A DNA stretch of 60,008 nt, the filler included, from Sluysia triapertura (lineage: Eukaryota): NCBI GenBank assembly GCA_046118255.1. It is 5 parts of 5 records of this genome, joined end to end, with 100 filler letters (N's around TTAATTAATTAA, not from the genome) between each part and the next. Parts side by side here need not be neighbours in the genome. Positions count along the whole stretch, not along the records: positions 11,675 to 24,619 come from JBJNIA010070284.1; 4 more parts are not named here. One strand, written 5' to 3'. This document shows positions 12,835 to 24,719 of this stretch, in pieces. Position 1 is the first letter of the stretch, and each line of letters starts with the position of its first letter. The position numbers and the translations under genes are program-made. Below the pieces are notes generated by a model that saw only the letters and a list, made by a program, of their open reading frames with translations, ran no database searches and was not told the DNA's origin.

Positions 12835-13900
12835 TATGATTGGGCATCCAATGAAATGAGAGAAAATATTATCCATAAGTGGAATTGATTGGACGTTCAA
12901 TCAACTGAAATGTTGGCAAAAATTTCATTAATATACCCAGCAACTGCCAACGATAGAAAGTCAATGTGATATGATGAATTAAGTTTAATTAACTGTCTAA
13001 TCGATGACAGACTACTATATTGGTAAAAATAATTAATAGTGCCAACATTAATAATAATAATGATGATAATAAAAATGGTGATAATGATAATAATAATAAA
13101 AACTAAATAAATCATGAATTCCTTGACTCTATACATGAACTTTCTTTTATTTTATCTTTGTTTCTAAACATATAATTTCTTTAATTATTATTACTATATT
13201 TAGAAGTCTTAGATTACGAACCTATGATGTTTTAAATTAAGCTATCGCATTTCAATAACATTTTAAGGTGTAATTATGATTGTAATGTTATAAAATAATG
13301 AATGAAAATTTTTAAAGAATTTTTAATGTTTTTGAATGAATGAAAAGTTTGGATGTTGGAAGATTGTGACTTGAAAATGTATTGAAAAAATTTAATGTGT
13401 AATGATGGTTTTGAATGAAGAAGTGATTTTGATGTTGTAACTTTGTAAATAAAAAATGTATGAAATGAACTTTGAATTGTAGATTGATGCTTTTAAATGT
13501 AATTATGATTTGGATGTTGACGGATTGAGAATTAAAAAATTTTTTAAGTTATGAAAATGGTTTTATTGGATCTGAAGTAATTAAAATATGAAAAAGGTTT
13601 AGATATAAAAATAGATAAAATGTTGTGGAATGTGTTTTTATGCGCAATGTGTTAAATTAATTTTTAAATGTGTTTGATGATTTTTGATGTCAAATATGAT
13701 TTTGATGTTATGAAATTTTATGTGTAGAGTGTTTGAAAGTATTAAGAATTATGAAATATTTTGAAAGTGATTCTGTTGTACATATATTTAACTATAAATT
13801 TAGGATATTAGGTTGGCCCCTAAGCGTTCCAACACTTTTGCGTACGATGAGGATCGACTCATCTTTGTGGCTTTTCAATATGCCATGGACTTCTTCAATA
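12835..13900 (+). repeat. Dispersed ~1-kb composite repeat, copy B
   Basis: Homologous to 4240-5300 (same blocks in the same order). Near-palindrome TTGATTGGACGTTCAATCAA at 12885-12904. Confidence 0.75.
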
Positions 13901-14160
13901 AACCGCAAATTACTTGCGTCACATACATACCCTACAACAAAGAATTCACACCGAGACACGTATTAAACATCGGTGTTGCATCCAGAACTTTCGCAGAAAT
14001 GTTCAAGTGATTTGGGACATCAACCTTAGGTTGGCTAAAGATATCGATCAAGACAAACTCTGCAGCTCACTTTTCCGGTTTGACCCCTTCTCACTTGTCG
14101 GCATATGGCCACAGAATTGGTGACCTGCTCCATTATATTAAGAAACGTGAGGCCACTGTA
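13811..14160 (+). pseudogene. Degenerate ORF of an unknown family downstream of the composite repeat
   Basis: GC-richer island with broken frames (LAPKRSNTFAY..CVTYIPYNKEFTP..NIGVASRTFAEMFK*, WDINLRL..LC). Weak by-eye similarity to frames at 5201(+) and 24000-24532(-). Confidence 0.35.
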
Positions 14161-15507
14161 ATGATAACCCTCCTGTCCTTTTTACTAAAAATTTTTCTAC
14201 TTACCCTAATGCTTTTTCTCAACCTATTTAACTTCCTCTTAAGAAACTAAAACTTCTTACTCTTTCCTTTTCTGTTTGATCGTCATTTAGTAAGACATCA
14301 ACTATCAGCAAATCAAATTCAACGATTGTTACAGATGATCATGCAACATCGGCGCGAACATATACGAAGTTTAACTCAACTGCTGCAGGATCGAATCAGC
14401 AACAGCAGCACGTGTATCTCAATACCCGAACTCATTCGTAGCACATCATTCAATCAATGTAGCGCCACACGTGCCTCAGCAACTAGAATCAGGGCCGATA
14501 CGCTAGACCAGCTACAGCCAATATCATCTGTAAAATTTCACTGTGGTAAAAATACATAACCACTCTACCGGTATGACTAACTTCTTGACGAAGACTGTGA
14601 CTCCGTAGACTTGGACTAACTCAACTATAATAATAATAGTGTTATTGTTTATTATAGGAGGTATTTGTTTTTAATTCGTGACCGAATCTTCCCGAAAGAG
14701 AAAGTATTTGTCAGGTTGAAATTTTTATATTTTGTATTGTGTATTTTATTCTGCATAATGTATAAATTTATTAAAATAATTATTTCTATTATATTAGTGG
14801 AATTTAGTAGAATAAAATAAATTTTAAATATTAATTGAAATAAAATAAATAGAATTTTAATTTTAAAAATTTAAATATTTTACATCTGTAATTTAAATCT
14901 AAAAATAAATTTTGATATATTCCAAAATAGTTTAAATATTTTAAATAAAATTCAAATGAATACTTTTATTAAATTAAAAAAAACCATTTTCAAAAATATT
15001 CTTTATTCTAAAGAAAAATTTGTTTTACTTAATCAATTAAAATATTTTCAATATGGCGATTTGTAAGTTAATATAAATAGCGTTAATTTATTAGGCAAAA
15101 TCAGAAATAAAATTCAACAAAAACTTTTAGAATGTTTTAAGGAGGCAACATATTTGGAAGAAATAATTTTTATCAATAACATTTTAAGAAAAGAATACTA
15201 AAATATACTCAAAATTATCTAAAATTTTGGAGCAACACCTCAAAAAGAGTTGCGTAAATATAAATTCATTATTATTAACAACATCTTAAAAAGGGTTGTG
15301 AAATTTCATTGAACTAAATGATATTTAATTGAACAACTAACTTAGATACATTTAAGTATAAATATATTTTTTGATTAAATCCTAATATAATAAATTTTAT
15401 AGGTAAATTTAAGTTTTAGATAAAACACCTGCACTGTGTTACTTTCACTTATTGCAAATAATAAAACGAAAAACTAATAAAAATTATTTTAGTAAACTTA
15501 TCATATA

Positions 15508-16638
15508 TTAAACTTTCAACCAATCGAAATTCCAATCACATACTTCATTATTATCTTCAATGATTTGAAAAAGCAAACTCTTCAGATATTTGTAATTGGG
15601 CTTTTCTTCGTAATCCAATAGTCGAGCATAATTATAGAATGTTTCAAAATGTATGCTCAAGCTTGCGAAATTAATGGGAGAAAGTCTTTTTAAATTTAAA
15701 ATGAATTCATCGGAATCTGACTCATCGGAATCTGAATCATCGGAATCTGAATCGGATTGTGTATTACTTTCTTCGTCTTCTGATTGTGTCGTGCTTTCAT
15801 CATCATCATCATCTTCTTCTGCTGAATTCGTATAACTTGTGTCGCATTCAGATTCTGTATTAGTTGTTTCGACTTCTGGATTCGTATCACTTTCTTCTGT
15901 TACTGTTTCTGTACTACTTTCTTCATCTTCATCGCTTTCTGTATCATCATCACCATCATCATCTGCATCGTCTTCTGATTCTGTTTCACATTCTTCTTTC
16001 CATGCTAGCGATCCTTGTGCCAATTCTAACAATACATATGCCAAGGATTCAATATCGTCTCTTCTTGATACTCTTATACATTCTTGTGTGTTTATACTCA
16101 TATAATCCGACGTTCCTTCCACATAACGTTCTTCACCATATTCTCTGTGTTCACCAAACTCATTTAAATATTGTTTACTTAATCCAAAATCAATTAAATT
16201 TATGCACTGAGAAGATGCATCTTGAAGCATCATATTTGAAGGTTTTATATCACAATGCACAATTCCTTTATCATGTAAATATTCCAGAATATCAATTACT
16301 TGTATTCCTATCATACAAACCGTTTTCAACGTAAATTTGTCTGTTTTACAATACATATCAAATATGGATGCATGCATTTTCTCCATAATCAATATATTGT
16401 AATTATCAAATATACCATATTCGTAGACAATTGGAAAACCGTTTATTTTATTTTTAATAGCTCCTATTTTATCATAAATTTTGTATTCACGTTGTAAAAA
16501 CAAGTTTTTACTTTTCACTTTTTCAATTTTAACTGCAACTTCGTTCATAGTTTCAAAATCGTATCCCTGTAAAACTTTACTAAATCCACCACTACCAATT
16601 TTTTTTTCAAATGATATTTCATAATTTTTGTACTTCAT
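15508..16638 (-). CDS. Casein kinase 1 family Ser/Thr kinase, intronless, with a long acidic insertion
   Basis: Intact 376-aa ORF: KKIGSGGFSKV, VAVKIE, HCDIKPSN, IDFGLSK, GTSDYMSIN, SRRDDIESLAY (CK1 signatures SIN and SRRDD), YEEKPNYKYL, FDW. Confidence 0.95.
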   Translation of the reverse strand: MKYKNYEISFEKKIGSGGFSKVLQGYDFETMNEVAVKIEKVKSKNLFLQREYKIYDKIGAIKNKINGFPIVYEYGIFDNYNILIMEKMHASIFDMYCKTDKFTLKTVCMIGIQVIDILEYLHDKGIVHCDIKPSNMMLQDASSQCINLIDFGLSKQYLNEFGEHREYGEERYVEGTSDYMSINTQECIRVSRRDDIESLAYVLLELAQGSLAWKEECETESEDDADDDGDDDTESDEDEESSTETVTEESDTNPEVETTNTESECDTSYTNSAEEDDDDDESTTQSEDEESNTQSDSDSDDSDSDESDSDEFILNLKRLSPINFASLSIHFETFYNYARLLDYEEKPNYKYLKSLLFQIIEDNNEVCDWNFDWLKV

Positions 16639-16920
16639 TTTGATCTTATTAACATTTTTCTAAACAAAAAATTTTAAGTTAATTTATTTGTCATTACTTA
16701 ATTCTTTGTTTAACTATAATTTTTAAACGGATTTCTCTTTTTTCACTATTTTTTAATTTCTTTAGAATTTTCGCGTAATACTATATTGGATTACACAATC
16801 TCATATTTTTTTGTGTAATATTTTCGGAGGGTTTTCTTTAAAATTAGTTAATTATTCATTAAATTATTGATCGAACATGATAACGTGCTTCTTTTGCGCA
16901 AGATTATTTATCGTTTTTTA

Positions 16921-17310
16921 TTTATCATAATTTTCTTATTCATGTTTAAGAAACTTGTTACTAATTATTTGTTTCAGTTTTCAATCGAAGCCATCGCTAA
17001 CAATTTTATTTTTAAAACAATATTTCATAATTCTTGTACTTCATTTGATCTTATTTAAAATTTGTTTAAACAAATATTTAAATTAATTTCTTTCTGATTA
17101 CTTAATCCATTATTATACTGATATCTTTTTTAAAATTTTAATACAATTTTTGAATTAATACATCATCTCTTAACTATTTTAAAAACATTGTTATATTTGT
17201 GTAATAATATTTAGACGTATTTCATTAAAAATTCATTAATTATTCATAAAAGAATTTGTCAAACATGATAGTCTGCCTTTCTGAACAAGATTATTTATTG
17301 ATTTTTTTGC
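16921..17310 (-). pseudogene. Tandem partial duplicate of the CK1 5' end and upstream region
   Basis: From 17044 the minus strand reads MKYKNYEI..KIVSDGF..NKFLKHE*ENYDK with stops and deletions. 17022-17310 resembles 16616-16920. Confidence 0.8.
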
Positions 17311-20300
17311 GATTTTATTTAATTTGGTGTTGTCTTTTAAATATATCATTTGTTATTAAAAGATTTTTATACATATTTAAAAAATTAATTCATATATTTG
17401 TTTAAAAATTTAGAGATTAATGATGTAATTGTTACATTGAATTCATTACGAAATATTTAACTGAACGTTTGATAAATACCGCACTAAGTGTATTGAAGCT
17501 ACGTACACTTATTTTTAAACTTATAATTGCTCCAAATTTCATTTAAAATCTACATTTGATTGGGGATGAAGTGAAATAAATATAAACATATACATTATAG
17601 ATGCTGATCTTAAGCTGTTCTAATTGTTCAAAGTTTTATTATTACAACTATTTCCTTTTTTCTTTTATATTTATTTCCATAATGTTAAATATGACTAAAT
17701 AAAATATTCAGTTTCAATATTTTCAATAAAACAATAAAAACATAAAATAAAACAATTTAATAAATTGATAAAATTACAAAAAATTTATCAGTAAGGAAAA
17801 CAACTGTATGATCTATTATTTTGATAAATTTAAAACATACTTAAATGCCAAATCATTGCTTTTAAAATAAATTGATTTAAAATTAATTCAAAAATATAAT
17901 AGAACGTGTTTTATCTACTTTTTTTTAAATCTCAACCATTTCGATTTAATCGATAAAATTAATTCGTTTTCGTTTCAACTTTCGATAGTCAAAGAAAAAA
18001 TGTTTTATATAGTTTTGTTTTTTATGACACGTGATGTTAATTATTGAAGTGTGAGTTGTATAATTTAAACTATTGGTTATATTTTTTTGTTGCCATGATA
18101 TATATATATATATATATATATGGAAACAATGATAAAAATATATAGTTTTAACTTTCAAAATTCTATCAAAGAGTTTTATTTTATCAATTTTATTATTCAG
18201 ACAAAGTATAATATTACTTACTGTTACAACTAGAATTGAGATGGTCAAATAATTTCTGTTTGTAATAAATATTCAATTTTCAGCAAAGCGTATCAATAAA
18301 TTCAATTTCTTCAATTTAAATTCTTCAGCTTCGACTTATAATTAACCTTGCCTTCTATTTTATTGGGTTTGTTTTTTTTATTTTCAGTAACAGTATTTAT
18401 ACTGTTTTTTGTTAAGCATTATGCAATTAATTTTTGGGGTTTATATTTTGACTGAATATAATTTTTATAATAGTAATAGCTATTATTAAAGTATTAACAG
18501 TAATTAATAATATAATTCAAGTAATAATGTTAATTTAGTATTCACATATTAATAATAGTTAGCAATTATATACAAGTATTAAATAATAATAACAGTTAAC
18601 AAATATATACAAGTAATAAGTAGTAATACTAATTTTCTGTCTGAATAATTTATTTCTTTGTTCTGCTCAATCTTTAATTTAAGTTAATTTTAATCGAAAA
18701 TAATGTTACTAATTTTTAATTACACGAAGGTTTTATTCAGTCTCAGTTTAACATAATTTTAACTTACGTATTAAAATGATTTTTATTGGGCTTTATGTTC
18801 TTAAAGTTTGATTTACATTCTCTTTATAGAATCTCATCTTAAGATAATTGTTCATTTAATTTCAATTTGAAATTGGTTAGTGTATGTTATTAAATTTTGA
18901 ATTTATATTATTCTATTAAATCTCATTTAAAGTGATAAAAGCATTATAATGATAATAATTTTAATTTTAATTTTATTTTAAGAAATAAATTTAAATTAAA
19001 TGGATTTTAAATGTGATTTAAAATTTTGAAAGATTATAAATTTAAAAATAGATGAATATTATGTTACAAAAAATTTAATGATTTTTAAATTAACTATTAC
19101 AAATTAGCAAAGAATTTAAAATTACGGAAAAGTTTTAAAATCTAAATTACTGGTATTTAATTATAAATAAAAATGATTTATGAAAAGTTAAAACGATTAA
19201 CATATAAACACAAGAGATTAGCAAAAATTTATTGTTAAACAAAAGGTCGATGGTTCAATAAAGGTTAGTGGTGAATATGTAGGGTATTTCTATTTATAAA
19301 TTTAACTTGTGCTTATTTATTTCTTTTGCAATTTTTTCTGGCTAATACTTATCAATCAAGTTTTGTTATAGAGATTAAACACTTTGAAATATTACTCTTA
19401 TGACAAGTCTATATTAAATTTCTTGTCTGGAGGTGTAGTTACAAGATTTGTTTCGATGATCAAGGAAAATTTTATCTTATACACAATCTTTACTTTAAGG
19501 CCTTAACTTTATTTTTTTCACTAATCCGAATTTAATCGTACTATTTAAAATTATATTTCCCCCTTTTAGTGACTTGATTCCTGACAAATAAACCTGTAAC
19601 GCAAAATAAAATGAAATGTAATCAAGCTTATTTACGAAATTAATAAGTGAAATTAGTTTAACTTTAGACGAGGAATAAATAAAAATATCAATAATTAACA
19701 CTATCATCAATTATCAAAATATCGTCCATAATAATGTCTCCATCAAAATTAGAGTTCTATTCGAAATCAATTTATAGACAACAAATTCTTAACTGAATTG
19801 TCTCAACAGTCAGAACTCAATAAAAACTTTTTTGTTCCAACGAAATATGTTGCATTTATAATGTTTCGAAATAATTACAATAATGTACTATTTACAAATT
19901 ATAATATACAATTTACAACTTATAATCATGTAATAATAGACTATTACTTATTGTTTTAATGGAAATAAATTGTAGTTATAATATGGTTATTATGAAATAT
20001 TGTAGTTATAATCGTAGTTAATAGATTAAAGTATTAAATTATAGTTAATATGGTGATTATTAAATTGTAGTTATAGCTGTAACATGTACACAAAATTAAA
20101 TAAATTGTTAGGTATTGACAAATGTTCTAAAAATATCTAATAAGGTTATTAAATTTTGATTTCACAATACTTTTAGTAATCTTAATTTAAGATTATTATT
20201 TATTATTTATCATAATAATTTAAATTGGCAAATTATCTTTTATTTTAATATTACATTAAAATATTATGTGGAAATATTTTAAAATGTACTTGGACATAAG

Positions 20301-21750
20301 TGAGCAGTTATTTAAGTGGATATGTTTCAAGTTAATTTATTTCCTTATAATTTGGAAAGAGCAAAATGATGCTCAACATGTGACAAATTTAGGATTAATT
20401 ATTGATAACAATCACGAATTAGAAATTAAGTTCAGCAATGTTTTATTCATTATATATTATTTATTGAATAAACGTGATTCAAGTTTAACATTAAAAAATT
20501 TACAAATTGAATTTATTCCGTGGTAAAATGAAAAACGAATTCAACACTATCGATTAGATGTGTATCAATTTGAATTGTTGAAATTACGAAAACCTGAAGT
20601 TTAACTTTATGATAACTTTAAATTTATAGCTTACTATAAAACACTTGAATGTTTTAATACAATTAATACAAGTAAACTTTATTGAAATCATTGTAAATAA
20701 CGCAGTTTATTAAACAACCTTTGAGAATTATCAAATACTTTTATAATGTTGATACTTCGACTGCTTATACTTATATCATACTATACATTGAAATTATTAA
20801 CAAACACTTCCAAAATTTCTGCTCTTTTATTAATATCACTTAAGTTGATATCACGATGAAACATCCTGTCCACGCTTAACTTTACTGTAGCTTTTTCTAG
20901 AAATAAAAAGCTATATTTATTAGCTATTATTAATAAAACAGATCGAAAGTCGTAAAAAATTTTCATCACTTTCTGCTTCATACTCCCTGGTTCAGTAAAT
21001 TGAATTAAAAATTTAATTTTTAATATTTCTATAGCGTAAAAATTAAATGGTTTCAACTTACTGAAATATCAACTTATTTCTCAGATTCAAACTGCAATTA
21101 ATTCTACAATTAATTCTATAAGAAATTACAAATCTTCAGCTTTCAATTTGAAATTTTTAGTAATTAAAACAAAAAAATAAGTTTTATAATAATAATAATA
21201 ACAATAATAAGAATAATAAACTTTATAAAAGTAATGAAATTTATTGCCAAAAAATAAAACTAATACAATATTGAAAATAGTAATTGTGGAGAGGGCTTTT
21301 TATTCTTTAAAATTAACAGATTATAATTATATTTGTTTATTTTTTTCTTTGTAAATAATTATTAGAAAAATGAAATTTTGAAACCATTAACAAAATGTTA
21401 AACCTTTCAATTAGTAAACGAGACTTAAGGCCTTTTAAAATTAACAATTTTAAACAAATAACAAAGTTAAGTATTCTATTAATACAACAATAAAATATTG
21501 AAAAAAAACGTAAATGTACTTATAACACAACAATGAAGTACTATTAAATGTCCAATTTTGATTATTTCGTTTGTATTCTTGATAAAATGAGTGAAAAAGT
21601 AGATAATTATAATTGAAAAGTAAAATATAATTCTTAGAATTAAGTTGAAGTTATTGTCTGCTCCAAATTTCCCATTTGTCGAATAAACTGTAAAACTGGT
21701 CAGGATTATAACTTTAAATTAATGACATTATATATAGGTGTAATTCCATT

Positions 21751-23512
21751 TTAGACATTTTTAAATCGTCTAATATCAATCATAGTTTGTTCCAATTTCT
21801 TCGATTTATGTTGTAGTTTTATCTGTTTATGGCGGCCTAAATTTGATAATAATTTTGTGAAACGATTTTTTAATGATTGTTCACGTATTGTTGAATTTTC
21901 TATTTTGATTTCATGACGAATTTTTTTGGTACAATCTTCAGCTTCGTTGACATCGTTATTGAATAGTTGAGAAGTATTAAATGAGTCTAATGTTGATGTG
22001 CGTAAAGTTTCCGATGTTTCTATTGAATTTGATTTATTACCGTTATATAGCAACATTTTATCGTACATTTTATATTGTATACTAGTTTTCAAATAATCTA
22101 TTGGATCTAATATAAACAGTGAACACCAACAATTAATAAATAATAAAACTATATTTAGATAATTAAGCGATGTTAAAAATTTCCAAAATTTACGACTTGG
22201 ATTTATTAAAACTAAAACCAAAAATGTAACACAATTAATACTGAATGTAATAAATGTTGACAAAACAACAATAATATAAGATTATAAATATCCAAATTAA
22301 GAAATTTGGAGACTTGGAAATGTGTCGATAATAGTGATATGTGAAAGAATAATAAATAGCAGCAATATATTCCTAAACCAATTGATAAAATGAGTATAAA
22401 GAGTATAAATTGTTGAATAGTTTTATTTGTTTTACATTCCATATTTATTGTAAAATCCCGAGCAAAAGCTGCAACATTCTTTATAAGAACAGATACTAGT
22501 AAGAAAGATAAGCTTTAGTTTTAGTTTTAGTATATAAAAGGTTAATCCTTATTTTATGTAACAATAATAATTTATGATGTAACATGACCTCTAAGCATTG
22601 AAATTGATGAAAAATTATGAAGAGTCATGTTACCAAATCTTAATAAACTCAGATCTAGATTGGTATCCCCTAAAATATTTACTCCAAAGTTTCTTATGAA
22701 ACTGGTGTCTAGTGCAGCAGATTTCTTGGTAAAATTAATTGATATAATTAATGAAACTGTAATTAAAATTATAATTGTCATGTACGTCACACAATTTGTT
22801 TTATAATTTAAATTAAAAATTACTTTAATTACATAATAAATTTTGATTACTTTTTTTGTAAATTAAAAACATTTAACTCATGGCTTAACAAAACAAAACA
22901 ATTAAATTCAGAACAGTATATAATATAGAAACTGGGAGTGATGTTTCATCGTTCATTTTAATATCGTTCGATATATCAGATACACTAGTAAAATATTCAA
23001 ATTCACTGTAAACGCTGAAGCAAGATTGACTTGTTAAATGTACAGCACTTTTGATCTAACATTTATTAAAGCGATATTATGTCCTTTTTTATTACATTCC
23101 TTAGTCTGCATAATTATAAAAAATCAATAATTTAGATTATTTTTAAAAAATATAAATAATTAAATTAATGATATAAATAAAATAAGTTTAAATATCAATT
23201 AACGAATATATCAAACATTCAAAAACTTGTTCTTATTATGCATTCATTGATAGCTAATAACATATTTATCATTATTGATGCTATAAATTCTGAATATATA
23301 TATACATATATATTATCACTACAAGCAAATGAAAAAATACATGCATAAATGTAAGACTGATTACCGCCTATTTTAACAATGCATAACAAACTGTAACAAA
23401 TAAGTGTAGCAATATTAAGAGAAACTAAAGTAGTAATGTTAAATAAATTAAAAAACACTAATGATGTTCTAAATGATTTAGAAACAGAAAAAGGAAAGAC
23501 GAAGTTCTTCAT
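21751..23512 (-). CDS. Fragmented multi-pass membrane protein(s), possibly a pseudogene
   Basis: Consecutive minus-strand hydrophobic ORFs (23219-23512, 22572-22790, 22212-22442) end in a 170-aa ORF with a polar tail (21751-22263). No family recognised, and AT bias inflates apparent hydrophobicity. Confidence 0.35.
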
Positions 23513-24619
23513 ATTTAAGAAATATTATTTAAATCAATTTGGGTACTTATTTCTATTTCAGAAGTATTATAGTGATTGATTTATATTAAACAATTTTGTC
23601 TACTTATTTCATGTTATTTAGACAAGGATTATGTTTCTTATTTTAGCAATTTTAATTTCATTTCAATGTAATCTAATGAAGTAAGTATAATTGATAATAG
23701 TGGAAATAATAACATTAATAACATTGATAAAGAAACCGGTAAAAATAAGATACATAAAGACAAACATACATACATACATGCATACATAAAAAATATAATA
23801 ATGAAAATATTGCAACAATAACATAAAATATTTTAATTATTATGACTGTGTTCTTGTTTTATAGGTATTGAGTAGTGGTTTGATGTATTGTAGTTTGCTT
23901 AATAATTTGTTTATGTAAGATATGTTGATTTGTGTTGGTGTTTATTTGTGATTGTTGAGTTGATTTGGAGTTCACTACACTAATGCCCACAGTAGTCTTA
24001 CAAAACGTTTAGTTCCGTGTGAAAAAGATCTTTATTTATTGTGGATGAGTTCAGAAAGTAGAATAACAAATCAGCTTGATATACGTATTGCTAATGAAAC
24101 TCAAAACGGCCGAAGTCATCAAAATATTTTGATTAATTTTAAAGCTTTGTATATTTCTGAAGAAGCTAAATGCATTGTCACCAATTAGTAATAAGTACCA
24201 GTGATGCACAAATCGTTCATTTGACAGAAAGTTAAATTAACATCTTTACAATAAAATAGAAATTTTCGACTTGACCATCGTATATACCGAAACTTTAACG
24301 TCACATCTGGTACAAATTTCAAACCTAAATACGTGAAAGTTTTATCTAACGGGAAATATTTGTATTTTATTTATTTATATTTCCATGTTTAATTTTTATA
24401 AAGATCTTAAAATATAGTTTAGTATGGTATGTAATTACCCAACTCCTAATGATATAAGATTTCAAAGGCGTTTATAATGATCATATACATTCTTTAAACC
24501 TGAAGTCTTTTGATAAAGTTGTAGTGGCCAACCCCTAACTTAATAATAAAATAAAAATTCATACATAAAACAACACCACTCATCACACCCTTCAAACATA
24601 AAACACCACTCAACTCATT

Positions 24620-24719
24620 NNNNNNNNNNNNNNNNNNNNNNNNNNNNNNNNNNNNNNNNNNNNTTAATTAATTAANNNNNNNNNNNNNNNNNNNNNNNNN
24701 NNNNNNNNNNNNNNNNNNN
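24620..24719. other. Artificial assembly spacer
   Basis: 44 N + TTAATTAATTAA + 44 N. Confidence 0.98.

Noticed and set aside
15653-16497. Overlapping poly-Ser/His ORFs around CK1
   Set aside because: Antisense and alternate-frame shadows of the acidic repeat-coding region.
20375-20415. HVTNLGLIIDNN resembling a LINE RT motif
   Set aside because: Flanking residues do not continue the RT pattern.
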